A DNA stretch of 64,000 nucleotides from Armatimonadota bacterium (GTDB lineage: Bacteria > Armatimonadota > SYMT01): contig JAWLHY010000001.1 of NCBI GenBank assembly GCA_041690135.1, forward strand, positions 1,440,001 to 1,504,000, read 5' to 3'. This document shows, piece after piece, positions 60,385 through 64,000 of the stretch (position 1 is the stretch's first letter; every line of letters begins with the position of its first letter). The notes below the pieces were generated by a model. The model did not search any database. It saw nothing but the letters and a program-made list of their open reading frames with translations, and was not told where the DNA came from. The translations under genes were made by a program, and so were the position numbers.

Positions 60385-62307
60385 CTACTTGGTCTCGTCG
60401 GCGATGATCGTGTTGACCTTCAGGGTCACATGATACCGCTTCAACTTCGGACCGGGGAGACCGGTGCCGCCGCCCGGAGCCGCGCCCGGGTAGGCGCCCT
60501 CAGCACCAGGATAACCTCCGGGTGCCGCGCCGGGATAACCTCCGCTGGAGCCGGGATAAGCGCCTCCGGGTGCCCCCGGATAAGCGCCGGTCGGTGCTCC
60601 GTAGCTGCTTCCAGGGGAACTGCCCGGGTAAGCACCCGCCATCGGTCCTCCGAACGGCGCGCCATAGGCCGCTCCCGGACCACCGGGCATGGCTCCCGGA
60701 TATCCGCCAGGAGCAGCGCCGGGATAAGGGCTCTCGGAACCGGGGTAGGCTCCTTCACCTGGAATGCCCTCGCCGCCCGGATAGCCACCCACGCCTCCGC
60801 CCGCGGCGAACTGGTTGGTGTCCACCATCAAGTTGCCGGTAATTTCGTGCTTGGCACGGATGACCCGGTTCGTAGCTTCGGAGAACCAGATGGTCGTGTT
60901 GCCCTGGATCACCTGGAAGTCGGCGCCCTTGATATTGACGCTGTTGATGTCGACCTTCCCGGTTCCTGCTACGTAGGTCAGGCGGATCTTGGCGCACTGC
61001 TCGCCGTTTTGCCACTCCATTCCCTCGATGGTGGCCTGGAGCCGGTCGATGTTGAGCGAGGCCGGAATATAAGCTCCCAGATGCACGCGGAGGTTCGTGG
61101 TGAACGGCTCGTTCATGCGATGGGCGCGACCCGGCAGATCGAGCGGGTTCACGATCGGTTCCCGCGCTTCCCGCTCCATCAGCTTGCTCTTCAGGACGTT
61201 GCCCGTGCGCTCCATCGAGTAGTATCGGGAGCTGGCGTCCACGCGCACCACGTGCTTCACATTGTCGAGGTTGACCACGATCGGTCCCTCGCGCCGCTCA
61301 CGGTAGAAGCCGGTGCCGGACGAGGGAACCAGGTCTTCCAGCGAGACCAGGTATTTGGTCAATTCCTTGTGCTTGATCTTATCGGGACCACCCGTGGACT
61401 GCTGCTGGATACCCGCGCGAGCCCCACGCACGGTGCGACCGAAGCCGGGTGCCGAGCTATTGGCTTCCAACTCGACGTTGTGCTCGTAAATCCAGGATCT
61501 CCCGAGGCGCGAGGGGTCGCCGCCGTAGATCAACCGGATCGGCTTGTTGGTCACCGCATCGATCGTGTTCCGGAGGTTCACCTGCGCCTTGACCCGCTCG
61601 ATTTCGGAGCCGTTGGCGTCGTAGCTGCGGATCTCCACCACGTGCGGGCCATCCGCCAGGAAACGCTCCGCGGCCAGCGCGCTACTGTCATCCGTAAGCG
61701 CTGCCTTGGTATTCCAGACATATTCCAGTGGTGAGTCGGCAGCCTTACCCTGCTCTTCGAGATCGGCTTCCGAAGGCGGGGCGAGCGCGACCCGGAACTT
61801 GTCGTCGATGTAGACCGCTACGAAACCCCCGGGAGGGATCCCTTCCCGCGGGACGACGAGCTTCACCTTCTCCTTCACGTCGGAGCCATCCTTGGGTTCC
61901 GCGAGTTCCAGAGGTTTCACCGCCATGCCGGCAGCACCGTCGTCGCCCTGGGCGCCCTGTTGAATCCACGCGCCAATGACCGCGCGTTCGGTGCGGGTGA
62001 GCGGTGTGCCGCCGACCGGCATCTGCGGCTTGCGACGCCCGTCCAGATACTGCATCAGGGAGCTTTGGTCCGGGTTGCCCCGGATGATGATCTCCCCCTT
62101 GGCGCCGCCTTGCAGCACGTTGTCGAGCGTATCCAGCTTGAGGCCGCCGCGGTCACCAACGCCGTGGCAGTTCTGGCAGCGCTTCTGGAAGATCGGGAGC
62201 ACGTCTTTGGTGAAGCTGATTCTGCCCCCCTGCTGCGCGGAGGCGGGACCAGCCGTCAGGGCCATTCCGGTCCCCACCAGTGCCGTGTGCAAGAGCCAGC
62301 GAGTCAT
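60385..62307 (-). CDS. Secreted protein with planctomycete-type cytochrome c domain and YPG-repeat insert
   Basis: AGGAGG RBS; Sec-type signal; ISFTKDVLPIFQKRCQNCH..GGLKLD..G.PDQS.L..MP..WIQQGA. Confidence 0.85.
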   Translation of the reverse strand: MTRWLLHTALVGTGMALTAGPASAQQGGRISFTKDVLPIFQKRCQNCHGVGDRGGLKLDTLDNVLQGGAKGEIIIRGNPDQSSLMQYLDGRRKPQMPVGGTPLTRTERAVIGAWIQQGAQGDDGAAGMAVKPLELAEPKDGSDVKEKVKLVVPREGIPPGGFVAVYIDDKFRVALAPPSEADLEEQGKAADSPLEYVWNTKAALTDDSSALAAERFLADGPHVVEIRSYDANGSEIERVKAQVNLRNTIDAVTNKPIRLIYGGDPSRLGRSWIYEHNVELEANSSAPGFGRTVRGARAGIQQQSTGGPDKIKHKELTKYLVSLEDLVPSSGTGFYRERREGPIVVNLDNVKHVVRVDASSRYYSMERTGNVLKSKLMEREAREPIVNPLDLPGRAHRMNEPFTTNLRVHLGAYIPASLNIDRLQATIEGMEWQNGEQCAKIRLTYVAGTGKVDINSVNIKGADFQVIQGNTTIWFSEATNRVIRAKHEITGNLMVDTNQFAAGGGVGGYPGGEGIPGEGAYPGSESPYPGAAPGGYPGAMPGGPGAAYGAPFGGPMAGAYPGSSPGSSYGAPTGAYPGAPGGAYPGSSGGYPGAAPGGYPGAEGAYPGAAPGGGTGLPGPKLKRYHVTLKVNTIIADETK

Positions 62308-62482
62308 ATTCCCTCCTGGGAAAGGAGTGCAAATTCCGGGCGGCGCCCAGCCGAGCCCGGTCCAAGGGAAGGTCCGGGATTATCTGGAAGGCGAAGCGAT
62401 CGCGCGTGTGGCGGATCGCCGGGGCGACGCACACCGTTTATATACGGCAAAGGACGGCAGGGCTCCTTCCGGAACCCTGCTA

Positions 62483-62677
62483 TTACTTTGACGACGAGTC
62501 CGCGCTCGAAGGTTCCTCCGTTGCAGAGGTCGCCTTCGGGCTCTCTTCGCGAGACGCTTCTTTGAAGTTCTTGATCCCCTCGCCCAGCCCCTTGGCCAAT
62601 TGCGGCAGCTTGGAGCCACCGAAGAGGAGCAGCAGGATAACGAGAAGGATCAGGAGTTCTGTAGGTCCGAGGTTCAT
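62483..62677 (-). CDS. tatA: Twin-arginine translocase TatA/TatE subunit
   Basis: GPTELLIL..LLFGGSKLPQLAKGLGEGIKNFK. Confidence 0.95.
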   Translation of the reverse strand: MNLGPTELLILLVILLLLFGGSKLPQLAKGLGEGIKNFKEASREESPKATSATEEPSSADSSSK

Positions 62678-62700
62678 GAAAGCACGCCCCTATCTGCGGG

Positions 62701-62859
62701 TCAGGCCGACTTTTCGGTCGATTCCTCTTCGCGGCTGGCGTGTTTGAACTCCTTCAGGCCCTGCCCGAGGCCCTTGGCGAGTTCCGGTAGTTTGCGGCCG
62801 CCGAACAGTACCAGAATCAATACCAGGATAATGATCAATTCCGTGGGACCGAGTCTCAT
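62701..62859 (-). CDS. tatA: Twin-arginine translocase TatA/TatE subunit (52 aa, absent from the ORF track)
   Basis: Hand translation: [52 protein letters not shown]. Confidence 0.93.
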   Translation of the reverse strand: MRLGPTELIIILVLILVLFGGRKLPELAKGLGQGLKEFKHASREEESTEKSA

Positions 62860-62860
62860 C

Positions 62861-63334
62861 TTACGCTCTCTCTTCTCCTGCGATGCCGGCGCCGACTGCC
62901 TCGGCTTCCACAGGGCCGGGCACCCCGTTGGGGGTGGAAGTGTTTGCGGCCGCTACGGGCGCAGCCTCGAGTTCGGGGCTCTGGGACGTGTAACCGGTAC
63001 GGAAAGAAGGCTGTGAGTCGCCCTCGGCCGCGTAGAAATCACCCCCGTAGGGAAGGGCATCAGCACTTTCGGTGTCGAGGGGCTCCGGGTACTCCAACTG
63101 CTTGGCAGCGGGAACGGAATCCGGAAGGCTGGACGCCGCCGTGGTGCTGGTTGCGGGCTCGTCGCGGTCGATCTCGGTGTTGAGCGAGTCCATAAAGTCG
63201 TTTCGCGCCTTATTGAACTCGCGCAGCGCGCTTCCGATTCCGCGGCCGATTTCCGGCAGTTTCTTCGGGCCAAAGACCACCAGCGCGATGGCCATAATAA
63301 TCATCAGTTCTGCCGGGCCAACGTTAAACGGCAT
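62861..63334 (-). CDS. tatB: TatB-like (TatA/B family) subunit with long acidic tail
   Basis: [29 protein letters not shown]; the GP hinge and long tail suggest TatB. Confidence 0.8.
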   Translation of the reverse strand: MPFNVGPAELMIIMAIALVVFGPKKLPEIGRGIGSALREFNKARNDFMDSLNTEIDRDEPATSTTAASSLPDSVPAAKQLEYPEPLDTESADALPYGGDFYAAEGDSQPSFRTGYTSQSPELEAAPVAAANTSTPNGVPGPVEAEAVGAGIAGEERA

Positions 63335-63359
63335 ACTCCACTCCCAAATTCTTTCAGCG

Positions 63360-63581
63360 CTAGCGGCGTCGCATGAGCCAGAAGGCCAGGTTCAATAACA
63401 CCGTCAATACGAGACTGATCAGGATGCTGGTTGCCAGCGGTACCGAAACTCGCCAGTTCCGGCCGCCGAACTCGAAGTCGCCGGGTAAACGAATACCGGC
63501 CGCGGCTCCTCGTTCGAAGGCCATGAAGAGGAGGCCGGCTACCACCAGGGCCAACCCCATCCCGATCAACACTTTACCCAT
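63360..63581 (-). CDS. DUF2905-family small membrane protein
   Basis: MGKVLI..RLPGDF...PLATSILISLVLT. Confidence 0.85.
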   Translation of the reverse strand: MGKVLIGMGLALVVAGLLFMAFERGAAAGIRLPGDFEFGGRNWRVSVPLATSILISLVLTVLLNLAFWLMRRR

Positions 63582-63611
63582 CTAACATACCAGAACGTGT
63601 CCGGAGGATTT

Positions 63612-64000
63612 CTACCGGAGCGCGGCGAGTGCCCGGCGACAGGTGGCCGCGCCCTGCTTCGCTTCCTCTTGCCCCGGACCGTTCTGCACAGCAGCCAACT
63701 CGTAGAGTCGCAGTGCCTGTGCCAGGTGCTGCTTGGCCGGGGCCACCTGCCCCTTCCGTAGCCAGTCCAACCCGGTCCGTTGCGCCCGACGAGCGGCGTC
63801 CAGTTCTCCTCCTTGCGGCGTCACGGGGGTGACCCCCGAACTGAACTGCAGGGAGATACCTGTGGGTGTTCCCCGGTTGCCGCCCGGTTGCTGCGCCGGC
63901 GGAGCCTGTAGCGGTTGCGCCGGCGCCGGGGCGGGTTCCTCGCGACGGTTGCCGCCCACCTCTATTTTAATGAACCCGGTTTCGGTCTCCAAAGGTTCCA
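63612..64000 (-). CDS. Hypothetical protein, probably 5'-truncated by the window edge, with C-terminal TPR-like helices
   Basis: Frame open to the window end; Pro-rich linker followed by a helical segment. Confidence 0.55.
   Translation of the reverse strand, partial: EPLETETGFIKIEVGGNRREEPAPAPAQPLQAPPAQQPGGNRGTPTGISLQFSSGVTPVTPQGGELDAARRAQRTGLDWLRKGQVAPAKQHLAQALRLYELAAVQNGPGQEEAKQGAATCRRALAALR

Overview
A GC-rich bacterial chromosomal window. An Armatimonadota-like origin is inferred from a prepilin-type/DUF1559 protein with an H-X9-DG motif, secreted STN-like proteins, and a TolC occurring together with a scpA-scpB-dac-rluB gene order. The core content is a complete 14-gene nuoA-N complex I operon; an ECF sigma/zinc anti-sigma/MucB-RseB-like module followed by scpA-scpB-DD-carboxypeptidase-rluB-cofE-like; a TolC/MacA-like/ABC exporter; the Hen1-Pnkp RNA repair pair; and a Tat locus with three TatA/B paralogues (one missed by the ORF track) and tatC. 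The accessory genes are mostly hydrolases, oxidoreductases and secreted proteins. I found no rRNA, tRNA, CRISPR array, transposase or integrase, and I cannot demonstrate a new system from sequence alone. The best leads are: (i) an unannotated promoter-to-terminator unit of about 100 nt upstream of nuoA (candidate sRNA) and a Rex-like operator over the nuo -10 box; (ii) a cytochrome c protein with ten YPG repeats lying between tatA and tatC; (iii) a tandem pair of secreted STN-like/CxxC-less redoxin paralogues, one internally deleted; (iv) a beta-propeller fused to an apparently inactivated GH-A-like barrel. All family assignments come from motif recognition by eye, not from database searches.
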